The notes: generated from the sequence alone by a model not told the origin. Positions 1-10,549 are shown, numbered from the stretch's first letter. The stretch is DNA of 64,000 nucleotides from Actinomycetota bacterium (GCA_036398095.1 DASWHR010000141.1:1138-65137); one strand, 5' to 3'. Numbers and translations are program-made.

Positions 1-1002
<1,002 letters not shown>

Positions 1003-2247
1003 TTAGGACCAGGCGGTGACGACGCGGGACAAGCCGTAGGCAAACACGATCAGCGTGACGGCCATGCCGGGCGCGTACAGGTGGTCGATCCATCGGCGCA
1101 GCACCAGACCCGCGGCGGCGAAGACGGCGGCGACCTGCAGGATGCGCGCGCCGCGCGCGAGAAGGCTGAACCAGGCGAATGCCCCGACACCGGTGCCGGC
1201 GTCGTCGGCTTGCAGCGCAAACACCTTGTAGGGGATGCCGCTCCAGGGCTGCGTCAGGATCCCGGCGGCGCCGCTCTGATTCATGCGCTGCACCGCCGAT
1301 GCTTGCATTCGTGCGGTGACGAGCGGCGCATGGTCGAGCATGCCGGCGGCGCCGAGCGCACCGAGGCCGTATGCGGCGAGCCCCCCGCACAGCGAGCCGG
1401 CGATGGCCGCCGCGGCGATGGGCAGGATGCGTCGCGGCGCGGCGAGCACGAGCGTGGCGACGGCGATGTCGGGAACGATCGGCCACGCGATCGCTTCGGC
1501 TGCGCCCCACACGAACGCCAGCGCGAGCGCCGCCCACGACTGCGCGAACACGCGGACGCACGCATGCAGCGTGCGACGCGGCTCGCAGACGGCCTCGGCT
1601 TCGGCTGCCGCGCGCGTCACCGCGGCTTCGGCGCGATCCGTGGTCTTGCGCGGATCCGCGCCGGCCTCGACCTGCATCGGCTCGCCGAAAACCACGGCGA
1701 CGGGGCGGCGACGCGGCAGGCGGCGGCCTTTGCCGAGCACGTCGCGCGTGCCGGCCAGGCCGACCGGCACGATCGTCGCGCCGTCGCGCGCGGCCAGATG
1801 AGCGACACCGGACTTGAACGCGCCGATGCGGCCGTCGGTCGTGCGCGTTCCTTCGGGGAAGAGCAGCACCGAGCGGCCGGCTCGCATCAGCGCATACGCG
1901 CGGTCCAGGCCTTCGCGGCCGCGGCGCGGAAACGGAAACGCGCCGACGATCGCGGTGGTGAGCGCTCCGAAGAAGCGGTTTGCGAAGAAATAGTCGGCTG
2001 CGGCGGCGGGCGCCAGGCGGTCGCGGTGGGGCCGAGGCAGCGCACGGATGATCAGTGGCGTGTCGGCGTGGCCGGCGTGGTTGGCGACGAAGATGACCTG
2101 GCCGTGCGGAACTCGCTCGCGGCCGATGACGCGCCGGCGCGCGCAGAAGACACGCACGAGCGGAAACAACACCAGCGCGCGAAGGATGGGCGTGAGCGGC
2201 GGTGGACGTAGCGCGGGCAGCGCGGGCGCCCCGTATTTGAGCGTCAT
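1003..2247 (-). CDS. 1-acyl-sn-glycerol-3-phosphate acyltransferase (PlsC-like) fused to a C-terminal DedA-like polytopic membrane domain. The ORF-track start at 2811 is an upstream artefact overlapping cdsA.
   Basis: Begins MTLKYGAP. Acyltransferase HxxxxD motif (FVANHAGHADTPLI) and FPEGTR motif. C-terminal about 180 aa hydrophobic with DedA-like motifs (WPIVPDIAVATLVLAA, GIPYKVFALQADDAG). ATGA overlap with the cdsA stop at 2244-2247. Confidence 0.75.
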   Translation of the reverse strand: MTLKYGAPALPALRPPPLTPILRALVLFPLVRVFCARRRVIGRERVPHGQVIFVANHAGHADTPLIIRALPRPHRDRLAPAAAADYFFANRFFGALTTAIVGAFPFPRRGREGLDRAYALMRAGRSVLLFPEGTRTTDGRIGAFKSGVAHLAARDGATIVPVGLAGTRDVLGKGRRLPRRRPVAVVFGEPMQVEAGADPRKTTDRAEAAVTRAAAEAEAVCEPRRTLHACVRVFAQSWAALALAFVWGAAEAIAWPIVPDIAVATLVLAAPRRILPIAAAAIAGSLCGGLAAYGLGALGAAGMLDHAPLVTARMQASAVQRMNQSGAAGILTQPWSGIPYKVFALQADDAGTGVGAFAWFSLLARGARILQVAAVFAAAGLVLRRWIDHLYAPGMAVTLIVFAYGLSRVVTAWS

Positions 2248-3143
2248 CCCCAGATCACCAGAACGGTATAGGTGACGGGCAGGACGACCAGCAGCGAGTC
2301 GATCCGGTCGAGCAGACCGCCGAAACCGGGCAGCCACGTGCCGGCCTCCTTGACGCCGAACTGTCGCTTGATGAGCGACTCGAGCAGGTCGCCCCAGACG
2401 CTGGCCAGCGCGACGGCGAGCGGCAGCGTCCAGCGCACGACCGGGCTGAGCGCCGCGGGGACTGCAAAGCTCATCAGCAGGAAGCCCAGGTATGCGCCGG
2501 CGACGTTGCCGGCGACGCCTTCCCAGGTCTTGTTCGGGCTGAGCCGCGGCGCGAGGCGATGCCGGCCGCAGAGCTTTCCGGCAGTGAACGCACAGACGTC
2601 GCTGGCGGCAACCGACGCGCCGAGCGCCAGCAGGATCGCCGCTCCCCCGTCCACATGCTGCTGGATCAAGATGAAGTAGGCGAGCAGCCACGGGATGTAG
2701 GCAAAGCCCAGCGCCGCGTACGCCAGATGCCGCACGCCGTCTTTGACGTCTTGGCTCAGCAGCGGCGGGATCGTGGCGGCGACCAGAAGGATCGGCGGCA
2801 TGGCTCGCCATATGGTCAGCGAGGTCGCCGCGATGGGCGCGCTTGCGATACCGGCCGCATACATGGCGTAGCGGTATCGCTTCGGAAGGCTCACGATGCG
2901 CGCGTACTCGCGCAGGCCGACGATGGTGAGCGCCTCGACGAACGCGACGGCGGCCCAGCGGCCGCCCATGACGGCGAGCCCGAAGATCGGCGCGGTGATC
3001 GCCCAGGTGCGCCAGCGCACGAACAGCACGCGCCGCGTCATCTCTTTCCAGTGACGTCGCTCGGCGATCGCGATCAGCCCGAGCGTGCCGCCGAGCGCGA
3101 GGCTCATGCGCGTCGCGCCTTCGACCGCGAGCCCGTCAAGCAT
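2244..3143 (-). CDS. cdsA: Phosphatidate cytidylyltransferase (CDP-diglyceride synthetase).
   Basis: SPNKTWEG, GDLLESLIKRQFGVKE and GFGGLLDRIDSLL motifs. The start is probably the ATG at 3143 (MLDGLAVEG), 5 nt after the pgsA stop. Confidence 0.85.
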   Translation of the reverse strand: MLDGLAVEGATRMSLALGGTLGLIAIAERRHWKEMTRRVLFVRWRTWAITAPIFGLAVMGGRWAAVAFVEALTIVGLREYARIVSLPKRYRYAMYAAGIASAPIAATSLTIWRAMPPILLVAATIPPLLSQDVKDGVRHLAYAALGFAYIPWLLAYFILIQQHVDGGAAILLALGASVAASDVCAFTAGKLCGRHRLAPRLSPNKTWEGVAGNVAGAYLGFLLMSFAVPAALSPVVRWTLPLAVALASVWGDLLESLIKRQFGVKEAGTWLPGFGGLLDRIDSLLVVLPVTYTVLVIWG

Positions 3144-3735
3144 CGAGACGTTCCTTGATCCGCACGACGCGCGCGGCCGCGGTGATCGCCGCGCCGGCAC
3201 CGATCGCGATGCAGGCGACCGTCCACGCGGCGGGCTGCGCGGGCGCGATCAGCGCGGCGACGCCGACGACGAGCATCCGGTCGGCTTTGCCCATCGGACC
3301 GCCGTAGTCGCGCTCGCCGGTGGCGGCGTGGGACACGATGCCGGCACACGACGACACTAGCGCCGCGGCGAGCGCGCCCAGCGCGAGCGCCGGATGGACG
3401 ATGAGCGCCAGCGGGGCGACAAAGAGCGTGTCGGCGGCACGGTCGCAGATCTCGTTGAGCGCGGCGCCCCACGGGCGGGCGGTGCCGGTGCGGCGCGCGA
3501 CCGAACCGTCGAGCGCGTTGAGCGCGATGCGGATCAGCGCGAGCGGGGCGACGGCGAGCCACAGCAGCGGCGCGGCCAACGCGGCGCCCGCCCAGATCGC
3601 CAGCGCGGCGACGCCGGCGGCGGCGACCGCCGCGTAGGTGAGCGCGTCGGCGGAGACCCGCATCGTGACGAGCAGATCCTCGGTGCCGCGCAGGCGGCGA
3701 ACGAACCAGGGCTTGATCGCATACAGACCGTTCAT
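3136..3735 (-). CDS. CDP-alcohol phosphatidyltransferase (PgsA-like phosphatidylglycerophosphate synthase).
   Basis: CDP-alcohol phosphatidyltransferase signature DGSVARRTGTARPWGAALNEICDRAAD, and multiple TM helices. Confidence 0.75.
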   Translation of the reverse strand: MNGLYAIKPWFVRRLRGTEDLLVTMRVSADALTYAAVAAAGVAALAIWAGAALAAPLLWLAVAPLALIRIALNALDGSVARRTGTARPWGAALNEICDRAADTLFVAPLALIVHPALALGALAAALVSSCAGIVSHAATGERDYGGPMGKADRMLVVGVAALIAPAQPAAWTVACIAIGAGAAITAAARVVRIKERLDA

Positions 3736-3956
3736 GCCCCGATGATCGGCGCCGGGCGGCGCGGCCGGTAGACGGCTTCGGCCTTATCCGGGATGCGTAC
3801 CCAACTCATTTCGAGTCTGGGTACTTCCGGCAGGCCGACCCGAATGCCGGCCGGAATGCCGAACTCGGCGGCTCTGAGACATTTTGGCAAATTGGCAGAC
3901 TGGCGATTCGCCAACAACTCGGATACGATGACCTCTCGACAAAGGAGCGCGAGACG

Positions 3957-4238
3957 ATGCGACTCGTAAGCATGAGCGACACCGGACGGCTCACCCTCCC
4001 TGCGGAGACCCGGCGGGAGTTGGGGCTCGATGGGGAGGCGGAGTTCGAGGTCGAGGTGGACCGGGAGAACGACGCGCTGATCCTGCGGCCCGCCGTGGTC
4101 CTTCGCCGCGAGGACGCTTGGGCGTACACGGCCAAGCACCGGCGTCTGCTCGCCCGGGCCCACGCCGACTCCCGAGCCGGTCGCGTGGGGAAGCTGACCG
4201 AAGCCCAGCTCGCCGCGCGCACCAAGCGCGGCAGGTAA
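3957..4238 (+). CDS. AbrB/MazE/SpoVT-family antitoxin-like DNA-binding protein.
   Basis: Swapped-hairpin motif RLTLPAETRRELGLDGEAEFEVEV. 93 aa, located 9 nt upstream of the toxin-like ORF. Confidence 0.6.
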   Translation: MRLVSMSDTGRLTLPAETRRELGLDGEAEFEVEVDRENDALILRPAVVLRREDAWAYTAKHRRLLARAHADSRAGRVGKLTEAQLAARTKRGR

Positions 4239-4247
4239 CGAGTTCCG

Positions 4248-4523
4248 ATGGTCTCCGAGTATCGGACCATCGATTTCACGGATACCTTCCTCGTCACATT
4301 CGCCGCCAAGGACCTCAACGCCTCGGACAGAAGCGCGATCCTGAAGGCGCTTCGGCTGCTCGATGAGGACGAGCGCCATCCGTCGCTTCGCGTCCACAAG
4401 CTTGCCGGCGACCGCGCCGGTTCCTGGTCGGCGTCGGCGTCCCGAACGCTTCGCGTGACGTTCGAGCGGCTCGAAGGCGGGGGCAAGCGCATGCTGACCT
4501 ACTCGAAGCACTACGACCGATGA
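4248..4523 (+). CDS. RelE/ParE-superfamily (HigB-like) toxin.
   Basis: HKLAGDRAGSWSASASRTLRVTFE resembles the HigB/RelE core (HKLxGxxxGxWSxxxxxxxRxxF). 91 aa, immediately downstream of the AbrB-type gene. Confidence 0.5.
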   Translation: MVSEYRTIDFTDTFLVTFAAKDLNASDRSAILKALRLLDEDERHPSLRVHKLAGDRAGSWSASASRTLRVTFERLEGGGKRMLTYSKHYDR

Positions 4524-4533
4524 CGTGCCGCCG

Positions 4534-6642
4534 CTACCCGATGCAGCCCAGCGCCGCGACCCAGGGGAACGGCTTGTTGCACGCGCTGTTGGACAACCCT
4601 CCTTGCCCGGCGATGTTCAGCGCCGCGACCCGGTAGGCGTAGTTCTGCAGCACCGTGCGTCCCGAGTCGGTGAAGACCGTCGTCAAACCGACCTGGGCGA
4701 TGAACGTCTCGGGTCCGCCGGCGTCGCTGCGGTAGATCTTGAAGCCGCTGACCGGCGCGCCGCCGTTGCTCGCCGGCAGCGCCCAGTTCAGCCGGATCTG
4801 GCCGACGCCGCCGCCCGGGCTCGCCGTCAGGTTCTGCGGCGGCGACGGCACGTCGAATGTCGTCGCCGACTGCTCGATCGAGGGCGGCCCTTCTCCGGCC
4901 GAGTTGATCGCCGCGATCCGGTAGTAGCGCGTCGCGGCGCTCGGCAAGCCCGCGTGCGTGAACTGCAACGGCGACGGCGCGACCTGCGCGAGCGGCGTCG
5001 TGGAGCCCCCCGGCGCCTCGCCGACGTAGATCCGGTAGCCGGTCAGCGGCAGCCCGCCGGTCGAGGCCGGCGGCGTCCACGACAGCCGGATCTGCCCGGC
5101 TCCGGGCCCGGCGGTCGCGGATAGCGACGCCGGCGCGGACGGAACCGACTGCGTGGTCGCCGAGCGCACCGGCGCCGGCTCGCCTTCACCGTTCGCATTG
5201 AGCGCGCTCACCTTGTAGAACCGCGTCACGCCGCTGGCCAACCCCGACTCGGTGTAGGCAAGCGTCGACGCGGGCACGGTCGCGATCACGGCAAGCGAAC
5301 CCGACGTGGGTCCGCCGTAGACGCGATACGACGCCACCGGCGAGCCGCCGTCGGACACCGGCGGTCCCCAATCGAGCGTGATCGACGATGCGCCCGGCGT
5401 CAGCGTGAACGAGGTCGGCGGGCCCGGCAGGATGCTGGTCGTGGCGCTCGCCTCGTTGGATTGCGGCCCTTCGCCGCTGGCGTTGACCGCGCTCACCGCG
5501 TAGAAGCGCGTGACCCCGCTGCCCAGGCCCGACTCGGTGTCGGTGAGCGTCGTGCCGGACACGGTCGCGATCACGGCGAGCGAACCGGATGAGGATCCGC
5601 CGAAGACGCGATACGAGGTGACCGGCGAGCCGCCGGAAGACGCCGGCGCTTGCCAGTCCAGCCGGATCTGCCCGGACTGGCCGGTCGCGATCAAGTTCTG
5701 CGGCGCCGACGGCGGCGTCGGCGGATCGCTCAGCTCGACCACGACGTTGGGGCGCGACAGCATCGTCGTGCCCGGCGAGCGAATTCGCATGCCGAACGTT
5801 TCGGTTGGCTCGGGCATGCCGTCATCGATCAGCGTCACCGCGATCGACTCGGTCGTCTCCCCGGGGTCGAAGCTCAAGGTGCCCGTGGCGGCGACGTAGT
5901 CGGACCCTGCCTGGGCCGTGCCGTCGACGGTCGAATAGCCGATCGTGTCGCTGCCCGACGTGTTGGTCCGCGTCACCGTGACCGTGACCGTCCCGTCGTT
6001 CTCCAGCGCCGGGTACACGGTCGCGTCGAACCCGGCTGAGCCGCACCCGCAGCTCCCGTTCACGCGCGCGTTGTTGCGCGGAGCGGGCGCGGCGAAGAAG
6101 AAGTCGGCTGCCGAATTGTTGGTGTCGTCGGGCTGGTCGAGCACGGATGGGTTGCCGCGCGCGATGGTTCGCTTCATGGCAGACGAGTCGATCAACCCTT
6201 CCGATGCGTTGAACGGTGTCCCGGCGTCGCCGCCGCCGTAGGAGCCCCACGACACGCAGTCGATCGTCCCCGCGAAACAGACCTTGCCGCCGGCCTTCGG
6301 AATCACCGGGGTCATCGCCAGGTCGGCGGACACGCCGAACAGCGTCTGCGCGTCGGCGGTCGCGACCAGGATCGTGTCTTGGTTGACGCCGTTCAAAACG
6401 TTGGAACCGAACGTGAACGTTCCGACCACGCTACCGTTCTCGTCGGAGACCTCGACGCTTTGACCGCTCACGAAATTCTGCGAACCCGACCACATTTGCA
6501 GCATGATGTACTGCGCGTCGGGGTCGGCTGCCGTTCCGGCGAACACCTCCCGGATCATCATCAGATGAAACGAGGCCTTCGCGGGCGTCGCTACCCCCGC
6601 CAGCACCAAAGCAACCGTCGCCGCAACCGTGGCTCTCCGCAT
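4534..6642 (-). CDS. Secreted multidomain protein with an N-terminal lamin-tail-like domain, a Calx-beta domain and four fibronectin type III repeats.
   Basis: Signal peptide MRRATVAATVALVLAGVATPAKA. Calx-beta motif (SDYVAATGTLSFDPGETTESIAVTLIDD). Four FN3 repeats (PSAPQNL..GQIRLDW..P...GGSPVTSYRV). Confidence 0.8.
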   Translation of the reverse strand: MRRATVAATVALVLAGVATPAKASFHLMMIREVFAGTAADPDAQYIMLQMWSGSQNFVSGQSVEVSDENGSVVGTFTFGSNVLNGVNQDTILVATADAQTLFGVSADLAMTPVIPKAGGKVCFAGTIDCVSWGSYGGGDAGTPFNASEGLIDSSAMKRTIARGNPSVLDQPDDTNNSAADFFFAAPAPRNNARVNGSCGCGSAGFDATVYPALENDGTVTVTVTRTNTSGSDTIGYSTVDGTAQAGSDYVAATGTLSFDPGETTESIAVTLIDDGMPEPTETFGMRIRSPGTTMLSRPNVVVELSDPPTPPSAPQNLIATGQSGQIRLDWQAPASSGGSPVTSYRVFGGSSSGSLAVIATVSGTTLTDTESGLGSGVTRFYAVSAVNASGEGPQSNEASATTSILPGPPTSFTLTPGASSITLDWGPPVSDGGSPVASYRVYGGPTSGSLAVIATVPASTLAYTESGLASGVTRFYKVSALNANGEGEPAPVRSATTQSVPSAPASLSATAGPGAGQIRLSWTPPASTGGLPLTGYRIYVGEAPGGSTTPLAQVAPSPLQFTHAGLPSAATRYYRIAAINSAGEGPPSIEQSATTFDVPSPPQNLTASPGGGVGQIRLNWALPASNGGAPVSGFKIYRSDAGGPETFIAQVGLTTVFTDSGRTVLQNYAYRVAALNIAGQGGLSNSACNKPFPWVAALGCIG

Positions 6643-6700
6643 GTCTCCCCCTGATCCTTGGAGGAATGCTTCGCCGGAGATGCCCCGCTTCCCTGCTCCG

Positions 6701-7567
6701 CTACTGCGGGCAGCCGGTTTCGTCGGGGAGCAGGGGACGAAGAATCAGTTCGTATTGACGGCCTTCGCTCGTCCACGGCGTCCGCGCGTTGGACTCTTTG
6801 AACGCGGGCAACGCCCGGTCCAGTTCGGCGCCCTCGATCACGCCGCAGCGGTAGCGGTCGCCGTAGGCGGCACCCCAGGATGCGACCGGGGTATCAAGCG
6901 GCCATGCTTTCGGCGGTTGCGTGAGACCGTCGTCGGATTGGGTGTAGCCGCTCGCGTAGACGCGGAGCCGTTCGACCTCGGCGGGCTTGTCCTCGCCGAA
7001 CGATCCGTTCGGGAGCCACGAGGACACGTCCGAGAGCTTGTCGCGCAGCTTCGCAAGCTTTGTCCGCGCCTCGCGCTCATCGGCCGTTTGACCGGGCGGG
7101 GCGTTGCCGCCTTCGGCCTCGAAGCCGAGCGCGTAGGCGCGGATCGTGTGGGTCTTGCCGTCGTCGTCGACGAAGGTGAAGACGGTGGTGCCGGCGTCGG
7201 CGACCAAGTCGTAGCGATACTCCTTGTCGGGTCCGTCCAAGCCGGCGGCCTTCGCTTCGGCAATGATCGCGTCGATCCCGTCCGATTCGATCGGGCGGAC
7301 GAGCAGCGGCGGCATCGCGGGCCCGGGATAGATCGCGATCTGCGCGCCGAGCGTGAACACGCGCCCGTCGCCCGTCAACGTGAATTCGGGGATCCGCTGC
7401 AGCGTGTATTCCTGCGGGATGAAGCCGCCTTCGGTGGACATGCGAAGGATCAGCGAGTTCGGCTCGCGAGCGCCGCCGGTTCCGGGTGAGTTCACGTCCG
7501 CCTTTCCACACGAGAGCGCAACCATCGCCAGCGCAACCAGTCCGGCCGCCATCTTCAACCGTGTCAT
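6701..7567 (-). CDS. Putative lipoprotein or secreted protein of unknown function.
   Basis: N-terminal signal with Cys (LVALAMVALSCGK). ATGA overlap with the upstream response-regulator stop at 7564-7567. Confidence 0.6.
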   Translation of the reverse strand: MTRLKMAAGLVALAMVALSCGKADVNSPGTGGAREPNSLILRMSTEGGFIPQEYTLQRIPEFTLTGDGRVFTLGAQIAIYPGPAMPPLLVRPIESDGIDAIIAEAKAAGLDGPDKEYRYDLVADAGTTVFTFVDDDGKTHTIRAYALGFEAEGGNAPPGQTADEREARTKLAKLRDKLSDVSSWLPNGSFGEDKPAEVERLRVYASGYTQSDDGLTQPPKAWPLDTPVASWGAAYGDRYRCGVIEGAELDRALPAFKESNARTPWTSEGRQYELILRPLLPDETGCPQ

Positions 7568-8223
7568 GTCTTGTCGAGGCCCTTGCGGATGGCGTAGCGC
7601 ATCAGGTCATAGCGGCCCGACAAGTGCAGCTTGGACAGGATGTTCTGAACGTGGTTCTGGACGGTCTTGACGCTGATGAAGAGCTTTTCGGCGATGTCCT
7701 TATAGACGTAGCCCTTGGCGACGTAGGTGAGGACTTCGGTTTCGCGCGGGGTCAGGCCGGGCTCGCCGCCGGCGGAGGCCGCACCGCCCGAGGCCATGCG
7801 GCGGAACTCGCCGAGCACGAGACCGGCCAGCGAAGCGGTGAAGACTGGCTCGCCTTCGGCGATACGGCGGATCGCTTCGCGGAGCTCGTCGCCGGTTGCG
7901 CTCTTGAGCAGATAGCCGCCCGCGCCGGCTTTGACGGCCTCGAGGACATCGGCTTCTTCGCCGCTGGCGCTCAGGATCAGCACGCGCACGTGCGGAGAGT
8001 CTGCGTGGATGATGCGGGTCGCTTCGGCGCCGCCCGTGACGGGCATGTTGAGATCCATCAGCACGACATCGGGCATGGTCTCGCGCACGACGTCCACGGC
8101 CTCGCCACCGTCACCGGCCTGGCCGACGACCTCGATCGCCGGGTCTTTGGACAGGTCCGCGGCGACGCCGTCGCGCCAGACGGGATGGTCGTCGGCGACG
8201 ACGACGCGGATGGGCTCGCTCAA
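7564..8223 (-). CDS. NarL/LuxR-family response regulator. The ORF-track start at 9318 is an artefact.
   Basis: MSEPIRVVVADDHPV receiver domain with a C-terminal LuxR HTH (LTPRETEVLTYVAKGYVYKDIAEKLFISVKTVQNHV). ATGA overlap with the kinase stop. Confidence 0.85.
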   Translation of the reverse strand: MSEPIRVVVADDHPVWRDGVAADLSKDPAIEVVGQAGDGGEAVDVVRETMPDVVLMDLNMPVTGGAEATRIIHADSPHVRVLILSASGEEADVLEAVKAGAGGYLLKSATGDELREAIRRIAEGEPVFTASLAGLVLGEFRRMASGGAASAGGEPGLTPRETEVLTYVAKGYVYKDIAEKLFISVKTVQNHVQNILSKLHLSGRYDLMRYAIRKGLDKT

Positions 8224-9410
8224 CGGGGCACGCTCATCTCGATCTCGGTTCCGCGGCCGGGTGCGGTGGTGATGGTGAACCGGCCTCCCAGGTCTTCGAT
8301 CCGGCCGCGCATGCTGCGCAGACCGTATCCGCTCGCCGCGGCGATGTCGAAGCCGGCACCGTCGTCGCGGACGGTGATCTCGGTCGCGTCGGTGCGCTCG
8401 TCGACGAAGACGGTGACGCGCGCGGCCGGGCCGGCATGCTCGACGGCGTTGTCCACCGCCTGCTTGGCGGCGGCGACGATCTCGTCCACGGTCACGCGCG
8501 GCAGATAGGCGGCGCCGGCGCTGGAGACGTTGACCGCGATGGTCCCCGCGTACGAAAGGCCGAGCGCCTCCAGATGATCGCGAAGGCTGGCGGTGCCGTG
8601 CGGCGGTTCGACGTCGGCGCGAACGATGAGCGAACGCAGCGCCTGCTCTTGCGCGCCGGCCAGATCGGCAAGCCGAGCGACTTCGGTCGCCTCGACCGGG
8701 CCGGATTGCGCCAGCTCTTTGCCGCGCTTGTGAACCATCGCGAGCGACTGCAGCACGCTGTCGTGGATCTGCCGTCCGAGCGCTTCGCGTTCGGCGAGGC
8801 GCGCGGCGCGCTGGGCTTCGCGCATCCGCTCTTCGAGCGCGACTTTCAATTCGCTGCGCGCCCGGTCGATCAGGCGCGAGACGAGTCCGACGGCGCCGCC
8901 GGCGAGCACGTAGGTGACGATGCCGTTCGCGAGCGTCTGCCACTGCGCGGTGGTGAGGCCCGAGAGCGCGATGCCGTTCGCGGGGCGGCTCGCGATCAGC
9001 GCGAGGCCGGCGGCGGCGCCGGCCGTCAGGCCGGCGCCGAGGCCGTGCGCGACGGCCCAGGAAAGAACCGCCGCGGCCGGGTAGGCGGTGGCGAAGAACG
9101 GCCGTCCCTCGACGACGGCGCCGACTGGCACGACCGCGCCGGACAGCACGATCAGCGCCAGCGACAGGCCGAGGTCGAACCACATCGTCGCGCGGTCGGG
9201 CTCGCGCAACACGCGCGCGGAGACGATCGCGGTCCAGGCGACGGCCGCGCCGAAGGCGAGCCAGGCGAGAGCGGGTCGCCGGAATTCGTTCGCGGTCGCG
9301 GCGAGCGTGCCCATCCACGCGAGGGCGGCCCAGCGGAATGCGAGCACGCCGAGCGGAAGCGTTGCGCGCGCCCGCTCGGCTTCGTCTATCCGCGCTTCGC
9401 TTCGTTCCAC
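8220..9410 (-). CDS. Sensor histidine kinase (HisKA_3 type, NarL partner) with an N-terminal membrane domain.
   Basis: TM helices. H-box QIHDSVLQSL. HATPase_c motifs (NAVEHAG, DDGAGF, GYGLRSMRGRIEDLGG). Confidence 0.85.
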   Translation of the reverse strand: MERSEARIDEAERARATLPLGVLAFRWAALAWMGTLAATANEFRRPALAWLAFGAAVAWTAIVSARVLREPDRATMWFDLGLSLALIVLSGAVVPVGAVVEGRPFFATAYPAAAVLSWAVAHGLGAGLTAGAAAGLALIASRPANGIALSGLTTAQWQTLANGIVTYVLAGGAVGLVSRLIDRARSELKVALEERMREAQRAARLAEREALGRQIHDSVLQSLAMVHKRGKELAQSGPVEATEVARLADLAGAQEQALRSLIVRADVEPPHGTASLRDHLEALGLSYAGTIAVNVSSAGAAYLPRVTVDEIVAAAKQAVDNAVEHAGPAARVTVFVDERTDATEITVRDDGAGFDIAAASGYGLRSMRGRIEDLGGRFTITTAPGRGTEIEMSVPR

Positions 9411-10549
9411 AGCGCGATCAGCTCCTGCTCGGAGAGGTCTCGAAGCGTGACGCCGCGGGCTTTGGCGGCGTCTTCGATGTGGCCGACGCGACCTTTGAAG
9501 CGGCGAGCGGCGCGACGCAACGCGGATTCGGCGTCGACGTCGATGTGGCGGCTGAGCGCGACGACGGCGAGGAGCAGGTCCCCGAGCTCGTGCTCTTTCT
9601 CGTCGTCGGTGATCGCGTTTTCAAGCTCGCGCAGTTCTTCTTCGACTTTCGCCAGTGGCCCGGTTGCGTCGTCCCAGTCGAAGCCGGCTTTGCCGGCGCG
9701 GCGCTGCAGCTTCGCGGCCCAGGCGAGCGCCGGAAGCGACTCGGGGATGTCGTCGTGCACGCCGTCGCGTTGCTTTTCTTTCTCTTTGATCGCGTCCCAG
9801 TTGGCGACGACCTCATCGGCGCCTTCGACGGTGACGTCCCCGAAGACATGCGGGTGCCGGTTGACGAGCTTCTTGATGAGCGCGTCGGCCACGTCGTCGA
9901 CGTCGAACGTGGCCGCGTCGGCTGCCATCTGCGCGTGGAAGACGACCTGGAGCAGAACGTCGCCGAGCTCTTCGGCGATGTCGGCGGACGTGCCTTCTTC
10001 GATGGCGTGCAGCAGTTCATAGGCTTCGTCGAGAAGATGCTTGGCCAGCGTCTGATGCGTCTGCTGCGCGTCCCAGGGGCAACCGCCGGGGGCGCGGAGG
10101 CGGGCCATCACGCGGACCAGGTCGAGCAGGCGGTGACCGCGTGGGGCGCGGCCGATCACGACTTCGATTTCGAGACCGCCGCCTTGCAAGGCGCGTTCCA
10201 TCACGGCGCGCACGACCGGGTCCGAGTCGGCGGGCAGGATGAAGGCGATCTCGCCCTCTTCCGCGTCGGTCGCTGCGGCGGCTAGACGGTCGGCGAGGGC
10301 GGCCAGGCGCGGGTCGGCGGCTTCGTGCGCGTGCGTGATCAGCGCCAGGCGGGGCATGCGGTGCGTGGACGCCGGTTCCGGGGCCGGTTGGGGGATCTCG
10401 GCGACCGGCAGGCCCTCGGCGGCCAGGCGGGCGCCGAACGGGTCGCCGGCCTCGCACAGAACCGGCCGGCCGGTCACGGCCTGCCAGACCTCCAACGAGC
10501 ACATCTCGGGAGCGCCGGATCCGGGCTGAACGAGCAGGATTCGAGCCAT
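9386..10549 (-). CDS. mazG: Nucleoside triphosphate pyrophosphohydrolase MazG, 388 aa, with an N-terminal methylase-like domain. The track ORF is extended upstream; the start taken here is MARILLV.
   Basis: Tandem MazG EExxE-type motifs (EEAYELLHAIEEG, EELGDVLLQVV, EELRELENAI, ELGDLLLAVV). Confidence 0.8.
   Translation of the reverse strand: MARILLVQPGSGAPEMCSLEVWQAVTGRPVLCEAGDPFGARLAAEGLPVAEIPQPAPEPASTHRMPRLALITHAHEAADPRLAALADRLAAAATDAEEGEIAFILPADSDPVVRAVMERALQGGGLEIEVVIGRAPRGHRLLDLVRVMARLRAPGGCPWDAQQTHQTLAKHLLDEAYELLHAIEEGTSADIAEELGDVLLQVVFHAQMAADAATFDVDDVADALIKKLVNRHPHVFGDVTVEGADEVVANWDAIKEKEKQRDGVHDDIPESLPALAWAAKLQRRAGKAGFDWDDATGPLAKVEEELRELENAITDDEKEHELGDLLLAVVALSRHIDVDAESALRRAARRFKGRVGHIEDAAKARGVTLRDLSEQELIALWNEAKRG

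Noticed and set aside
3732-4511. 259-aa minus-strand ORF covering the TA locus.
   Set aside because: No domain, Arg/Pro/Gly-rich. The two small + strand ORFs carry recognisable AbrB and HigB/RelE motifs.
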